A stretch of DNA of 64,000 nucleotides from positions 192,001 through 256,000 of the forward strand of contig CAVYSY010000039.1 in the NCBI GenBank assembly GCA_963771175.1, read 5' to 3'. Each line of letters begins with the position of its first letter. The stretch's first letter is position 1. Under the pieces are notes generated by a model. That model did not search any database. It was not told where the DNA came from and saw only the letters and a program-made list of their open reading frames with translations. Positions 10,154 to 21,943 of this stretch are shown here, piece by piece. Source of the DNA: an uncultured delta proteobacterium (GTDB lineage: Bacteria > Myxococcota > Myxococcia > Myxococcales > Myxococcaceae). The position numbers and the translations under genes were made by a program.

Positions 10154-12559
10154 CTACCCCGCCTTCAGCCGGTTCTTGCGGTACGAGGGGAGGCTGATGC
10201 GGAAGGTGCTGCCCTTGCCCACCTCGCTGGTGGCGGAGATCTCCCCGCCGAAGCCGGTGATGATGCCGTGGCAGATGGAGAGGCCGAGCCCCGTGCCCAC
10301 GCCCACCGGCTTGGTGGTGAAGAAGGGATCGAAGATGCGGTCCAGCACCTCGCGGGACATGCCGCAGCCGGTGTCCTTCACCTCGATGATGGCGTGGTCG
10401 TTCTCGGCGTGCAGCGAGACGCGGATCTCGTTCTTGTCCGACTGGCCCTGCGGGAATGGCGTGGGCGGCGTTGATGAGCAGGTTGAGGAAGACCTGACCG
10501 AAGCGGCGCCTCGCTGCCCTCGCACGAGCGGCACCTCGGACACGTCGCTTCACCACGGTGGCGCGGTGGCGCATCTCGCCGCGGGCCAGCGCCAGCGCCG
10601 AGTCGATGACGCGCCGCAGGTCCACCGCCGTGGGCTGCTCCTCGTCGCCGCGCGAGAACGTCTTCAGGTCCTGGACGATGTAGCCGGACGCGGTTGACGC
10701 CCTCGTTCGTCTCCTCCAGCACCTCCTCGCAGCTCGTCCAGGCGCCCCTTGGGCAGCTCCCCGGTGAGCGCGTGCAGCTCCTCGGTGAGGAAGGACAGGT
10801 TGGAGATGACGAAGGCGAGCGGGTTGTTGATCTCGTGGGCCACGCCCGCGGCGAGCGTACCCACCGAGGCCAGCCGATCCGCCACCACGAGGCGCGCTTG
10901 AATCTGCTTGCGCTCGGTCAGGTCGCGCGCGCTCACCAGGGTGGCGGGCTGGCCGGCGAAGACGAGCCGCAGGCTGCTGATCTCCGCCGTGACGATGCCG
11001 CCGTCGGGAGGCAGGAAGCGGATCTCCCGGACGCGGGGAGCGCCCCTGCCGGGCATGCCGTCGAGCTGGCCAGCGGCGGCGGCCCGGTCCTCCGGGTGGA
11101 CGAAGTCCAGCAGCGAGCGGCCCACCAGCTCATTGGCGGGCAGGCGCAGGAAGGCGCACGCCGAGGGGTTGACGTAGAGCAGCGGCCCGCCCCGGTGGAC
11201 GAAGATGGCCTCGGGCGAGCCCTCGATGAGGGCGCGGAAGCTCTCCTCGGAGCGGCGCAGCGCCTCCTCGGCGGCCTTGCGCTCGGTGATGTCGAAGGAC
11301 ACGCCTCCGAGGAAGCGCCGGCCCGAGCTGTCGCGGGCGATGAACCGGTAGGTGAGGAAGTGGCGCGGCTCGCCCTCGGGCGTGGGGATGACGGTCTCGG
11401 ACACCGAGGGCTGACCGGACTTGAAGGCCTGATCGTCCTGGTCCCTCAGGTGGGCCACCGTCTCCGGCGACATGATCTGCTCGTCGGGGATGGTGCTCAC
11501 GTCCACGCCGGGCGACAGCGCGAAGAAGCGCCGGAAGGGCTCGTTGACGAAGACGCGCCGGCCGGACTCGTCCTTCATGTAGGCCAGCGCCGGGTTGTTG
11601 TTGAGGAACGAGTCGAAGAGGTGCTGGCTCTCCTGCAGCGCCGTGACGATCGACGCCACCTCGGTCATCAGCGCCTGCTTCGCCGCGTGCTCGGCGGCGT
11701 TGCCCATGGCGGCCCCGAGCAGACCGGCCATCAGCTCCAGCGTGCGCTCGTCCGAGTCCACGAAGGCATACGGCACCCCCGAGGAGATGCTCACCACGCC
11801 CACCGTCTGGTTGTCGCGCTTGAGCGGCACGTTGAGCATGGAGCGGAACTTGAACTTGCGCGCCTGCTCCTGGTTGACGCGCGGATCCCGCTCGGAGTCG
11901 TCCGTCCGCAGCACCTCGCCCGTCAGCACGCAGGAGCCAGCGAAGGTGTTGGCGATGGGCAGGCGCGCGCCCTGGAACTGCGCGGAGAAGCCCGTGCCGA
12001 CGCGGTAGAACATCTCCTCGCCCTCGACGAGCGCCACGGCCGCGCCCGTCGCGCCGCAGAGGATCATCGCCCGCTCGGCGATGAGCCGCATCACCACGTC
12101 CAGATCCAGGCCGGCCAGCGCGATGTCGTTCTGCGTCTGGATGATGGCCGCCAGCCGCTCGATCTCCCCGCGCGCGGACTCCTCGTGCGTCTGCCGGCGC
12201 ATGAACGCGTAGCTGCGACGCTCGAACAGCTCCACCCGGGCGCGCACGTCCGCCGGGTGGAAGGGCGCCACCAGGTAGTCGTCCACGCCGATCTCCATCA
12301 GTGGCGTGAGCTCCTGGGCCGCCGAGCTCGCGGCCATGCCGAGCACGAACACCTCGGCGGCGCGGATCTGCGCGCGCAGCCGGCTGAACCACTCGGACTT
12401 CTCGCGGACCAGATCGGCCCCGACGATCAGCACGTCCACCAGGGAGATGGTGGCGGCCGTCACCTCGGGTCCCGGGGCGACCACGACGTCATGGCCCATT
12501 CGGGCGAGCTCCGCCCCGATGGGATGGTCACCGTCGCGACTGAGGAGGAGGAAGCGCAT
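10154..12559 (-). CDS. REC-like/GAF/PAS/PAS sensor histidine kinase (frameshifted near 10500-10720)
   Basis: [13 protein letters not shown]-box; [11 protein letters not shown]-box; [23 protein letters not shown] and two PAS segments. Confidence 0.9.
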
Positions 12560-12944
12560 GGAGGGCTGAAGCGGAGATTCTTGGATGCGGGAGATTGCTT
12601 GATCGGAGCCCTTCAGGTCCACCAGGAGCACGACATTCTGGAGGACACGGCTCTCCTGCTGGGTGGAAGCCTACCCTCGTTCGCCGCTCCGAAGGGAGAG
12701 CTGGACTGCTCCGGGGCGGCTGCTGGCCGGCTGCTGGCCCAGGAAACGGCCAGGAGTACGCCGTGTTTGCCTTGTGTGCGACGTTTTCCGGATTTCGACC
12801 TGCTCACTGGTGGTCGGAGTGACCCGGGTCGGGACGGTCCCCCCTGGCATCAAGGCGAGGGCGCCCTATCTCACCCAAGCATCCACCCAGGCAGGCGGAT
12901 GTGTGGGTGGAGCTCGGGGCGGGTCGGTCCGGGGGGATGTCACG

Positions 12945-14096
12945 ATGAAGTGCGTCATCGCGGTGGGATTGTGGATGGTGGCGCTCGGCGCCTGTCAGGT
13001 GGCGACGCTGCCCCAGCAGGTGGAGGAGCGGGAGGAGGTCTCCGCCTCCGAGCTCTTCGGCCCAGACGCCCTCACGGTGATGACGCGCGGCCTGTCCACC
13101 GGAGTCGTCCTGGAGCGGGTGCTGGAGGCGCCCACCCCGGCGGAGCTGCCGGCGCGGACCGCGAAGGCCTTCGAGGCGTTGCACCAGGCGGACCTCGCCA
13201 CCCGGGCGCGGCGACTGGCGGATGAGCTCCAATACGCCCGGCCGCACCTGATCGGGCTGCAGCAGGTAACCGAGGTGCGGCTCCAGTCTCCGGGGGATGC
13301 CATCTTCGGAGGCACCCGGCCGGCGGAGGCGCTGTACCTGGACATGCTGCCCATGCTGCTGGGCGAGCTGGAATCGCGCGGGCTGCACTACCGGGAGGTG
13401 GCCCGGGTGCGGAACGCGGACGTGGAGCTGCCCTTGCTCACCAGCGCCGCGCCCTCCTTCGATGACGTGCGGGTGACGGACTTCGACGTCATCCTCGCGA
13501 GGGCGGACGTGGACGTGAGCGAAGTCCGGACGGGGAACTACCTGGCGCGCCGGGAGGTGGACCGTGCCGGCCTCGGGCCCGTGGAGCTGCGGCGCGGCTG
13601 GGCATCGGTGGCGGCGACGGTGAAGGGCCGGACGTACCGGTTCGTCAGCACGCACCTGGAGCCCGCGCCAGACGAGGCGGGCCTGCGCGTGCAACTGGCG
13701 CAGACGGAGGAGCTGCTCGCGTCGCTGCGCCGCGAGTCCCTGCCGGTGGTGCTGGTGGGAGGCTTCAACACGCCGGCCAACCTGGGGCTGATGGGGGCGC
13801 CCACCTACCGGGAGCTGCTGCTGGCCGGCTACGTGGACGTCTGGACGCGCCGGATGGGACAGGCGGCCTGGAGCAACACGGCGGAGGCGTCGCCCGGAAT
13901 GCCCATGCTGGAGGAGCGCCTCAACCTCGTCCTGGTGCGTCATCCCGTGACGTCCGTGCCCCGGAGGCTCGGCCCGGTGCACGCCTACGTGGTGGGGGGC
14001 TTGCTGGAGGAGTCGCGGTTCGGACCATGGCGGTCGGACCTGTCCGGGGTGGTGGCGCGCCTGCGGATGCCCCTCGCCGCGTCCGTGAGGAACTGA
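12945..14096 (+). CDS. Endonuclease/exonuclease/phosphatase-family lipoprotein
   Basis: Lipobox LGAC; LIGLQQV, STHLE, GGFNT, SD near C-terminus (several catalytic residues degenerate). Confidence 0.7.
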   Translation: MKCVIAVGLWMVALGACQVATLPQQVEEREEVSASELFGPDALTVMTRGLSTGVVLERVLEAPTPAELPARTAKAFEALHQADLATRARRLADELQYARPHLIGLQQVTEVRLQSPGDAIFGGTRPAEALYLDMLPMLLGELESRGLHYREVARVRNADVELPLLTSAAPSFDDVRVTDFDVILARADVDVSEVRTGNYLARREVDRAGLGPVELRRGWASVAATVKGRTYRFVSTHLEPAPDEAGLRVQLAQTEELLASLRRESLPVVLVGGFNTPANLGLMGAPTYRELLLAGYVDVWTRRMGQAAWSNTAEASPGMPMLEERLNLVLVRHPVTSVPRRLGPVHAYVVGGLLEESRFGPWRSDLSGVVARLRMPLAASVRN

Positions 14097-14107
14097 CTCC
14101 CGCGCCC

Positions 14108-15058
14108 CTACTCCACCTGGATGAGGGTGACGCGCTTGGGGTTGAACTTGGGGATGGCCTTGCGGTCGACGAGGTCCACCACGTCGAACTTGAGCGGCGG
14201 GAGGGTCGGCGGCGGCTGGAAGGTGAAGCGGTAGACGCTGCGAATGGAGTCCCGGTGTCCCACCACCTCGGGAGGCGGAGCCGGGAGCGATGCGGCGGCG
14301 GCGCGCAGGTCCGCGAGCACCTCCTCGTCCATGCTCGGGTCGCACGAGGGGAAGCGGATGGAGACCTCTTGGAGCCTGCCCGAGGGCGCCTGGACGAGAC
14401 GCAGCTCCACCTCGCAGGTGCGGCCCGACCTGCGCCGGGCGGAGGTGCCCGTGGCACGCCACGCCGCGAGCAGCACGTCCTGGAGCTGGCCGAAGTAGGC
14501 GTGGACGAAACCACTGCGCACCTTCTGCTGGGCCACGAGCTCGCGCACCATCTCGCCGGGGCCCTTGGGCTCGGGAGCGCGCAGCCGGGTGCCCGGCGCG
14601 CCGGTGCCTGGCTCCGTACCAGGGCGCGAACCCGGGGACACCTGCGCGGAAACCTCCGGGAGGCTCCGGGGCAGCAGGGACTCGCCGCGAACGGGGAAGT
14701 CGGACGTCAGCGCCCGAGGACCCGAGGGGACGTCCGACGCCGCGGAGGCGGAGGCCTTGGAGTCGGTGGAAGCGACGGGAGTCTCTGGCACCTGGGGAGC
14801 CGGAGCCAGCTGAGGGGCCTGTGCGCGCTTCTGGGGCCGCCGGGTCGGCGGGGCCGCGGGAGGAGGCGGAGCGGGTGCGCGGACCACCGGGGCGGGGGGC
14901 CGGGTCACCTCGTGGATCTCCATCTCGACCACCTCGGAGGCCGGAGAGGCGCGGGGCGGAGTCTCCTGGAGCCACAACGCCCGGAAGAGGAAGACGTGCA
15001 GCACGACGCTCGCCGCGATGGCAAGGACGAGAGGCAGGCGGGAGCGGGAACGAGCCAC
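14108..15058 (-). CDS. TonB/TolA C-terminal domain protein
   Basis: N-terminal SVVLH TM anchor; Pro-rich linker; C-terminal beta-beta-alpha domain. Confidence 0.65.
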   Translation of the reverse strand: MARSRSRLPLVLAIAASVVLHVFLFRALWLQETPPRASPASEVVEMEIHEVTRPPAPVVRAPAPPPPAAPPTRRPQKRAQAPQLAPAPQVPETPVASTDSKASASAASDVPSGPRALTSDFPVRGESLLPRSLPEVSAQVSPGSRPGTEPGTGAPGTRLRAPEPKGPGEMVRELVAQQKVRSGFVHAYFGQLQDVLLAAWRATGTSARRRSGRTCEVELRLVQAPSGRLQEVSIRFPSCDPSMDEEVLADLRAAAASLPAPPPEVVGHRDSIRSVYRFTFQPPPTLPPLKFDVVDLVDRKAIPKFNPKRVTLIQVE

Positions 15059-15104
15059 ACCTCATCTTCCGACGAATCGGAGGCGCGGGCTACAGTGGCG
15101 AGCC

Positions 15105-15887
15105 GTGAGTGTCCATCCGGGAGTCCTGGTCGCCGAGCAACCACACTACCTGCCCTGGCTGGACTTCTACGAGCAGGTGGCGAGGGCGGACACACTGCTG
15201 GTGCTGGACAATGTGCAGTGGCTGCGACGGGGCTGGCAGCGGAGGACCCGAGTAGCCCTGCCGCCGGGCACTCCCCTGCCCGCTCCCACGGAGCCGGCCT
15301 TCCAGTGGATGACGATTCCGCTGGAGGGCGCGCACCGGGACACGCTCATCTCCGAGCTGGCGCTGGACACGAGCCAGCCGTGGACACGCAAGCACCTGGC
15401 GACGCTGACGATGCTGTACGGGCGGAGGCCCTATTTCCGAACGCAGGTGCTGCCGAGACTGGAGTCCTTCTACGAAGAGGCGGCGAAGGATCGGGGACCG
15501 GGCTCGCTGCTGCGCACGCTGATGGCGAGCACGGCGCTCTTCTACGAGCCGCTGGGGTTGAAGCCGAGGGTACAGCTCGCCTCCCCGATGGACCGCTCGC
15601 ACCCGGACAAGACGGGGCGGCTGGTGTCGTACTGCACGCAGCTCGGGCTGGACACGTACTACTCGGCGATAGGCTCGCAGTACCTCAAGCCGGGGCCCTT
15701 CAGGGACGCGGGGGTGCGGCTGCTGTGGCAGAAGTTCCGCTACCCCGCGTACGACCAGGGCCGGAAGGGCGAGCGCTTCGTGGTGGGCCTGTCCATCGTG
15801 GACGTCCTGTCGAACGTCCCCGTGGACGAGGTGCGCCGGTGGCTCGAACCCTCCCCGTGGGGACCCTTCGCGAGGTCCCCACCTTGA
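15105..15887 (+). CDS. WbqC family protein
   Basis: QPHYLPW, LDNVQW, WQRRTR, YPAYDQ, GLSIVDVL. Confidence 0.85.
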   Translation: MSVHPGVLVAEQPHYLPWLDFYEQVARADTLLVLDNVQWLRRGWQRRTRVALPPGTPLPAPTEPAFQWMTIPLEGAHRDTLISELALDTSQPWTRKHLATLTMLYGRRPYFRTQVLPRLESFYEEAAKDRGPGSLLRTLMASTALFYEPLGLKPRVQLASPMDRSHPDKTGRLVSYCTQLGLDTYYSAIGSQYLKPGPFRDAGVRLLWQKFRYPAYDQGRKGERFVVGLSIVDVLSNVPVDEVRRWLEPSPWGPFARSPP

Positions 15888-15896
15888 CCCGGGACC

Positions 15897-17661
15897 TCAG
15901 CGCCCCGCGTTGCCCTTGTCGAACCGGACGAAGTAGCTCCTCACCGCGGCGTCGATGAGCTCCTGATCGAGCTGCGGCTCCATGCCCCGGTAGTGGGCCA
16001 TGTCGATCATCTGATCGAGCAGGTCGCGCGGCTGGCACGCGGCGAAGCGGCGGCCGACGGGCTTGTAGTGCCTGTCGATGAGGTACTGCACCATCTCCGA
16101 GTCATAGGGCACGCCACGCTTCTCGCACATGACCTCGAAGATCTGGTGGAACAGGTCCTCATCGGGAGGCTGGACCTCGAGCTTGTAGCGGACGCGGCGG
16201 AGGAAGGCGTCGTCGACGAGGTCGCTCGGATCCAGGTTGGTGGAGAAGGCGGCGAAGACGTCGAAGGGCACCTGCACCTTCTTGCCGGTGTGGAGGGTGA
16301 GCATGTCGACGTCACTCTCCAGCGGGACGATCCACCGGTTGAGCAGGTCCTTGGGGGAGACCTTCTGCCGGCCGAAGTCGTCGATGAGGAGCATCCCGTT
16401 GATGGCCTTCATCTGGAAGGGAGCCTCGTAGTACTTGACCTCGGGCGAGTAGACGAGGTCGAGCATCTCGCAGCGTGAGCTCACCGCCCACGACGACGAG
16501 GGGCCTGCGGCAGCGCACCCAGCGCCGGTCATAGGGAGGCGAACCGGAATCCTCCTCGATGGGCTTGTGCAGGTTGCTGTCGAAGATGCGGACGACGAAG
16601 TCGTCGATGAGGATGGCATGGGGGATGAAGATCTCCCCATCGAAGCAGTTGACCATGCCCTGGCAGATGGCCGTCTTGCCGTTGCCGGGGGGCCCGTAGA
16701 AGAAGATGGCGCGGCCCGAGTTCATGGCGGGGCCGATGCCGTCGAAGATGTAGTCGCGGATGATGAGGTCGCCGAACTTGTCCTCCATCCGCTGGCGGGT
16801 GATGCGGTTGCCGCGGACGGTCTGCTTGCGCACGACGTCGATCCAATCCTGCAGGCGGATGGGAGCGGGACCGTTGTAGCGGTTGCGGTCGAGGATCTGC
16901 CGCAGCACGTCCGTGGCGAACGTGGTGAGCTGGTAGATCATCGTGGACTTGCCCACGCCCGAGCCGCCACCGCCGCGGATGTCGATGTACTTCTGCCGGC
17001 GCAGGCCCTCGATGACGTCCTCGACGATGGAGGTGGGCAGCTTGAGGCGGTTGGCGATGTCCAGGCCCCGCATCTCGCCGGCGTAGAAGATGGCCTTGAG
17101 GATGAGCTCCTCGACCATGCTGGCGGTGAGACCGGTGTCCTCGAGCGAGCGCGGCTGGGCGGGCCAGAAGCGCCAGCCAGCCCCGCCCCCCTCCTCGGCC
17201 GCGGGGGCGGCGGCACGGCGCGGCTGGGTGGAGCCGGCGGGCCGGCGCTCGGAGGCCATGTCGATGCCCGGCCCGGGAGCAGCCGTGCGGCGCTGGGGCT
17301 CGACGATGACGGAGGGTTGGTCCATGGCCGGCACGGGCGGGCCCGAGCGCCTGTCCGCGGGCCCGGGAGGATGCTGCTCCGTGGGGCTCGGGGCCGTGCG
17401 GCGCTGCTCGGGGCTCGCGGGGCGGCGCTCGAGGAAGGGGCTGGGACCGGCGGGACGGCGCTCGGGGGCACCCTGGGCCGGGGGCCGTGCAGGGCCACCC
17501 GGGGCCGCCCCTGCGGGCGCTCGGGGCCGGGGAGGCGAGGAGAGCACGTTCCCGGCGGCGGGCGTGACGCCCTCTCTGGGAAGGGTGCTGCTCGTATCGG
17601 TCTGGAACTCGGGGGGCTCGAATCCGGGGGGATTCGCCCCCGGCCTCCGCTGCTCGGCCAT
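15897..17661 (-). CDS. P-loop AAA-type ATPase with Pro/Arg-rich N-terminus (frameshift near 16470)
   Basis: GPPGNGKT Walker A; VVVGGELT; LLIDDFGRQ Walker B; FSTNLDP, FLRRVRYK. Confidence 0.85.
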
Positions 17662-17783
17662 GCTTGCTCCGGGTTGAGGCGACCGAGTCTAGCAGGAAGT
17701 GGCCGGGAGACTGTTTCCGGAGGTGAAAAAGGGGTGCGAGACACGGGCTCCCCCCGTGCCGGCTCGATGCTAGCTTGGCGGGT

Positions 17784-19446
17784 ATGAGCTTCTTCCAGGA
17801 ACCGCCGAGGCTTGGAAACCAGTACGACGACGACGCGCTGCTCCGGAGCTACCTCGCCCGGGTATTGCCGCAGGAGATGCGGGCCGGGCTGGAGGGCGAG
17901 TTCCGCGAGCTGGGCGAGCTGGGAGGCAGGTACTTCTACGAGTTCCAGCTCAGGGACCGACTGAACGAGCCCGAGCTGACGCAGTGGGACGCCTGGGGCA
18001 ACCGGGTGGACCACATCGAGGTGTCGCCGCTGTGGAAGGAGGCGGAGGCGCTGGCGGCGAAGCGGGGGCTGGTGGCGGTGGCGTACGAGCAGAAGAGCGG
18101 CGAGCTCTCGCGGGTGCACCAGTTCACGCTGAACTACCTGGTGCAGCCGTCGCTGGACGTCTACTCGTGCCCGCTGGCGATGACGGACGGGGCGGCGCGG
18201 ACGCTGCTGTCGCTGGGGAACCAGGAGCTGATCCAGCGCGCCCTGCCCCACCTGACGTCGAGGGACCCGGCGACGTTCTGGACGTCGGGGCAGTGGATGA
18301 CGGAGCGGACGGGCGGCTCGGACGTGGGGCTGACGCAGACGGTGGCGAGGAAGTCGCCCGAGGGGTGGAAGCTGTACGGAACGAAGTGGTTCACCTCGGC
18401 GACGACGGCGCAGATGGCGCTGACGCTGGGGAGGCCGGAGGGGAACGGACCGGGGGGCAAGGGGCTGGCGATCTTCTACGTGGAGACGCGAGGGGCGGAC
18501 GGGAGGCTGAACGGCATCAGCATCAACCGGCTGAAGGACAAGCTGGGGACGAGGAAGGTGCCGACGGCGGAGCTGACGCTGGACGGGACGCTGGCGGTGC
18601 CGGTGGCGGGGCTGACGGACGGCATCCGGAACATGTCGTCGATGCTGAACGTGACGCGGACGTGGAACGCGATGGGCGCGACGTGGAGCATGCGTCGGGC
18701 GCTGGCGCTGGCGAGGGACTACGCGAGCAAGCGGGTGCAGTTCGGGGCACCGCTGTCGGAGAAGCCGCTGCACGTGGACACGCTGGCGGGGCTGGAGGCC
18801 GAGTTCCACGGAGGCTTCCTGCTGGCGTTCCGGGCGGTGGAGCTGCTGGGGAAGCTGGAGGCGAGGACGGCGACGGAGGAGGAGCTGCTGCTTGCAGCGG
18901 CTGGTGACGCCGTTGGCGAAGCTGACGACGGGGCGGCAGGTGGTGCACGTGACGTCGGAGGCGGTGGAGAGCTTCGGCGGAGCGGGCTACGTGGAGGACA
19001 CGGGGCTGCCGAGGATGCTGGCGGACGCGCAGGTGCTGTCCATCTGGGAGGGGACGACGAACGTGCTCTCGCTGGACACGCTGCGGGCGATGGCGAAGGG
19101 CGGCTCGCTGGAGGCGCTGTACGCGGACGCGGAGCGGCGGCTGGGAGCGGCGAAGGACGCGGGCCTGCGGCCGTGCGTGGCGGCGGCGCACGACTCGCTG
19201 GAGAAGGCACGGGCGTGGGTGATGAAGGCGATGGAGAACCCGGCGGGGGTGGAGGCCGGGGCGCGGCGGTTCTCGCTGACGCTGGGCCGCACCTACGAAC
19301 TGGCGCTGCTGGTGGAGCACGCGCAGTGGTGCCTGGACAACGGGCACGGCCCGAGGGCCATGGCCGCGGCGCGGCGACTCATGCGCAACGGCGTGGACCT
19401 GATCGCCGACATGGACCTGGACGACTCACGACTGCTGGTGTCGTAG
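17784..19446 (+). CDS. Acyl-CoA dehydrogenase (AidB-like subfamily), frameshift near 18892
   Basis: CPLAMTDGA, GQWMTERTGGSDV, GTKWFTS, LKDKLGTR, GGAGYVED, IWEGTTNV. Confidence 0.88.
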
Positions 19447-19513
19447 GTCACCCCATGGCGCAGGACAACCAGGCCCCTCTCATTGCGAGAGAATGGAGAG
19501 GGGCCGACCCAGC

Positions 19514-20370
19514 TCAGGGCACGGGATTGCCGCGCTCTTCCGCCTGCGCTCCAGCTCGCGCGAATCGCACCATTTCCTGAAGGATGGCGGGTTGGTCGAG
19601 CACGTCATTGTGGTGCTTCCCTTCAAGAATGCGCGTGGTGGCACTCGGGAACAGCGTCCCCAGTCGCTGCCCCATGTCCACGGGAATGACCTCATCCTGC
19701 GTCCCGTGGACGATGAGCACTGGCAGCTTGAGCCCGGGTGCCTTGGCCGCACTGTCGAACGGATCCCTCACGAGCAGGCTCGCGGGGAGCCACGGGAAGA
19801 CCCTCGCCCCTACCTCCACGATCGAGGTGTAGGGCGTGATGAGCACCAGCCGCGCGCCATGGCCCCGCTTCGCCATCTCGACCGCCACGCCCGAACCGAG
19901 CGACTGCCCCTGCAGCACCGTGAGCTCCCGAGGCACGCTCAACGCTCCGTGTAGATGCTCCAGTGCGGTCTCCGCTGCGGCGTAGATGCCTGCCTCGGAA
20001 AGACCCTGCCCCGCCGCGAGCCCGTAGCCCGGATACTCCACCGCGTAGAAGCCGAGTCCCTCCTCCTGGAAGTGCTGCGCCAGCCACTCGGTGCTCGCGA
20101 GTTGCTCACCGTTGCCGTGGAAATGCACCACCGTCGGTGCCCCAACGGGCGCGGGCACATGCAGCGCGATACACCGTCGACCCCTCTGGTCCGGGAATGC
20201 GCAGGAGCGTGGCTCCGGGCAGCGATGGCTCGCGGGCCCCCGGTGGCACCGGGAATACGATCTGCCTCTGGCTGAGGAACACCAGCAGGCAGAGACCCAC
20301 GTACGCGATGACCAGCGTGGCCAGAATCAGCGAGCAGCATCCGCCTCGCCCTTTGGAGAAAACGTTCCAT
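19514..20370 (-). CDS. Alpha/beta hydrolase (ABHD17/Bem46-like), frameshift near 20170
   Basis: FHGNGE, EYPGYG, GQSLG, HGTQDEVIP, HHND. Confidence 0.85.
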
Positions 20371-20402
20371 GACGGAAGATTAACGCACCCGCGCTCCCAT
20401 CC

Positions 20403-20753
20403 CTATTCAGGATCCAAGGCCCAGGTCCCCTCTTCCCAGCGCTTCAGCGCCTCCCGAGCTTCAAAAGCAGCCAGTCCTACCCCCTTGGCGATCTCCTCCA
20501 AGACTACTTTGGCTTCCGCCGTCCGATGGCGGAGCAGGTAGACCGCAGCCATGCCTCGCACATCCACTCGTGGGTGCGTGAATAGCACGGCGAGCGCATC
20601 CCGTCCGGCATCACCCTAAGCACGCAGCTTTTTGAACGCGTCGCGACGCTTCGGGGCGTGCTTGTTTCCTGTCTTGGCGTTTCCGCGGAAGATCGCATCG
20701 ATCTGCGCCGCCGTATGCTGGGCGAATGCCTCAACAAGATCTACAAGATTCAT
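20403..20753 (-). pseudogene. DUF2019-like (SitI5-type) immunity gene with in-frame TAG
   Basis: MNLVDLVEAFAQHTAAQ...KKLRA*GDAGRDALAVLFTHPRVDVRGMAA...WEEGTWALDPE; stop at 20616-20618. Confidence 0.7.
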
Positions 20754-20783
20754 TATCGAGCCCCCTCTTCCGCAAGAGGAAAA

Positions 20784-21155
20784 TCAAAGGGGCTTGAACG
20801 TGCCCGCCTTCCACTGTTCTAGCGTCCACTCCGCTGAAAAGCCAATCAGACCGTTAGGGGCTTTAGCGAGTTCGGTAAGCACCCGTTCCCCCTCATCTGG
20901 TGCGAACTCCAAGACCGATGCAGCAACCCAGCAACGGGTGCCCAGGTCTGGATCATCGAGCAATCTCAACAACTGTCGCTGCGCATCTAGACCTCTTGCA
21001 CGCAACTCCCTGTCGATTGCGACGAGAAGATCGAACATGCGATTTCCGTCCTTTGGCTTGCCCGCATAAATGGCCCGCCACCTCTCAGCGGAAAGAATCC
21101 TGGTTTTTTCAATGAGCTGCTCCGTTGAGAGTTTCTTCACCTCTGCCTTTTTCAT
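20784..21155 (-). CDS. DUF2019-like (SitI5-type) immunity protein
   Basis: LLDDPDLGTRCWVAA, A..TLEQWKAG; ATGA overlap with the toxin stop; lower GC. Confidence 0.75.
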   Translation of the reverse strand: MKKAEVKKLSTEQLIEKTRILSAERWRAIYAGKPKDGNRMFDLLVAIDRELRARGLDAQRQLLRLLDDPDLGTRCWVAASVLEFAPDEGERVLTELAKAPNGLIGFSAEWTLEQWKAGTFKPL

Positions 21156-21943
21156 GGAATGACCCCGAACTGCCTAAGAACCTTCAACCCGAAAGCGCGC
21201 TGTTCCTCATAGGACTTCGTGCGGAGCCATTCACGCACTACCAGACCACCCGTATCCCGGGATTTGGACGAGTAAAAGGCGCTTATTGCGTCATGCTTTG
21301 ACTTCTCGATCGCAATCACATTCTCGGTGTTGTGAATGGCTTCCGGACCGAAGCGCTCGATGTTCGCCTTGCGCTGTTCGACGATGTGGTGCCAGTGCTT
21401 GCCCTCACCTGCCGGCCCCATGAAGTCCTTGAAGTCATCAAAGGACTTGAACGCACGATAGCCGTTGGGAAGAAGCCTGCCCTCCTTGGGGATCCCACTC
21501 CCGCCTGCGGAGGACTTACCACCGCCGCTCCGGGCAGACATGGCAACGGCCGTGACCGGCAGGACAACTCGGATCGTCCCCTCGGGCACGGAGACGATGA
21601 CCCGCTCGGCCCCGGTTGCCGCATCCACCATGCGCAAGCCGGCGTTGACCTCTACTGCCCTCGAGGCTTGTCCAAAGCCCGGTAGCTTTGGTGCCTTGGA
21701 CACGAGTGCCGCGGTTTCGCCTACGGCCGCCGTCCCCACCATGACGAGAATGCGCACGCTGTTGGGGCCAATGACCCGCCCGAACCGCTCGCCCGCCTCG
21801 CGTAGTTCCGCGAAGGTGGAGGCTCGCGCCGCGTCCTCGGAGAGCTGCGCATACGCCCGGATCAGGTCGAAGAATTCCCATCCGAGGTAGCCCCACATGA
21901 GCACCGTAAACGCAGCGGCCACGCCCTTCGTGACCGGCTCGGG
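21152..21943 (-). CDS. SitA5-type toxin, C-terminal part (HNH-like nuclease tip), separated from its N-terminus by an insertion
   Basis: PEPVTKGVAA...GYLG, ELREAGERFGRVIG, KLPGF, tip WHHIVEQ...HNTEN...H. Confidence 0.8.
   Translation of the reverse strand, partial: PEPVTKGVAAAFTVLMWGYLGWEFFDLIRAYAQLSEDAARASTFAELREAGERFGRVIGPNSVRILVMVGTAAVGETAALVSKAPKLPGFGQASRAVEVNAGLRMVDAATGAERVIVSVPEGTIRVVLPVTAVAMSARSGGGKSSAGGSGIPKEGRLLPNGYRAFKSFDDFKDFMGPAGEGKHWHHIVEQRKANIERFGPEAIHNTENVIAIEKSKHDAISAFYSSKSRDTGGLVVREWLRTKSYEEQRAFGLKVLRQFGVIP

Noticed and set aside
6357..10750. Programmed frameshifting or a pseudogene cluster
   Set aside because: Indels are numerous and irregular with no slippery sites; best explained as sequencing error
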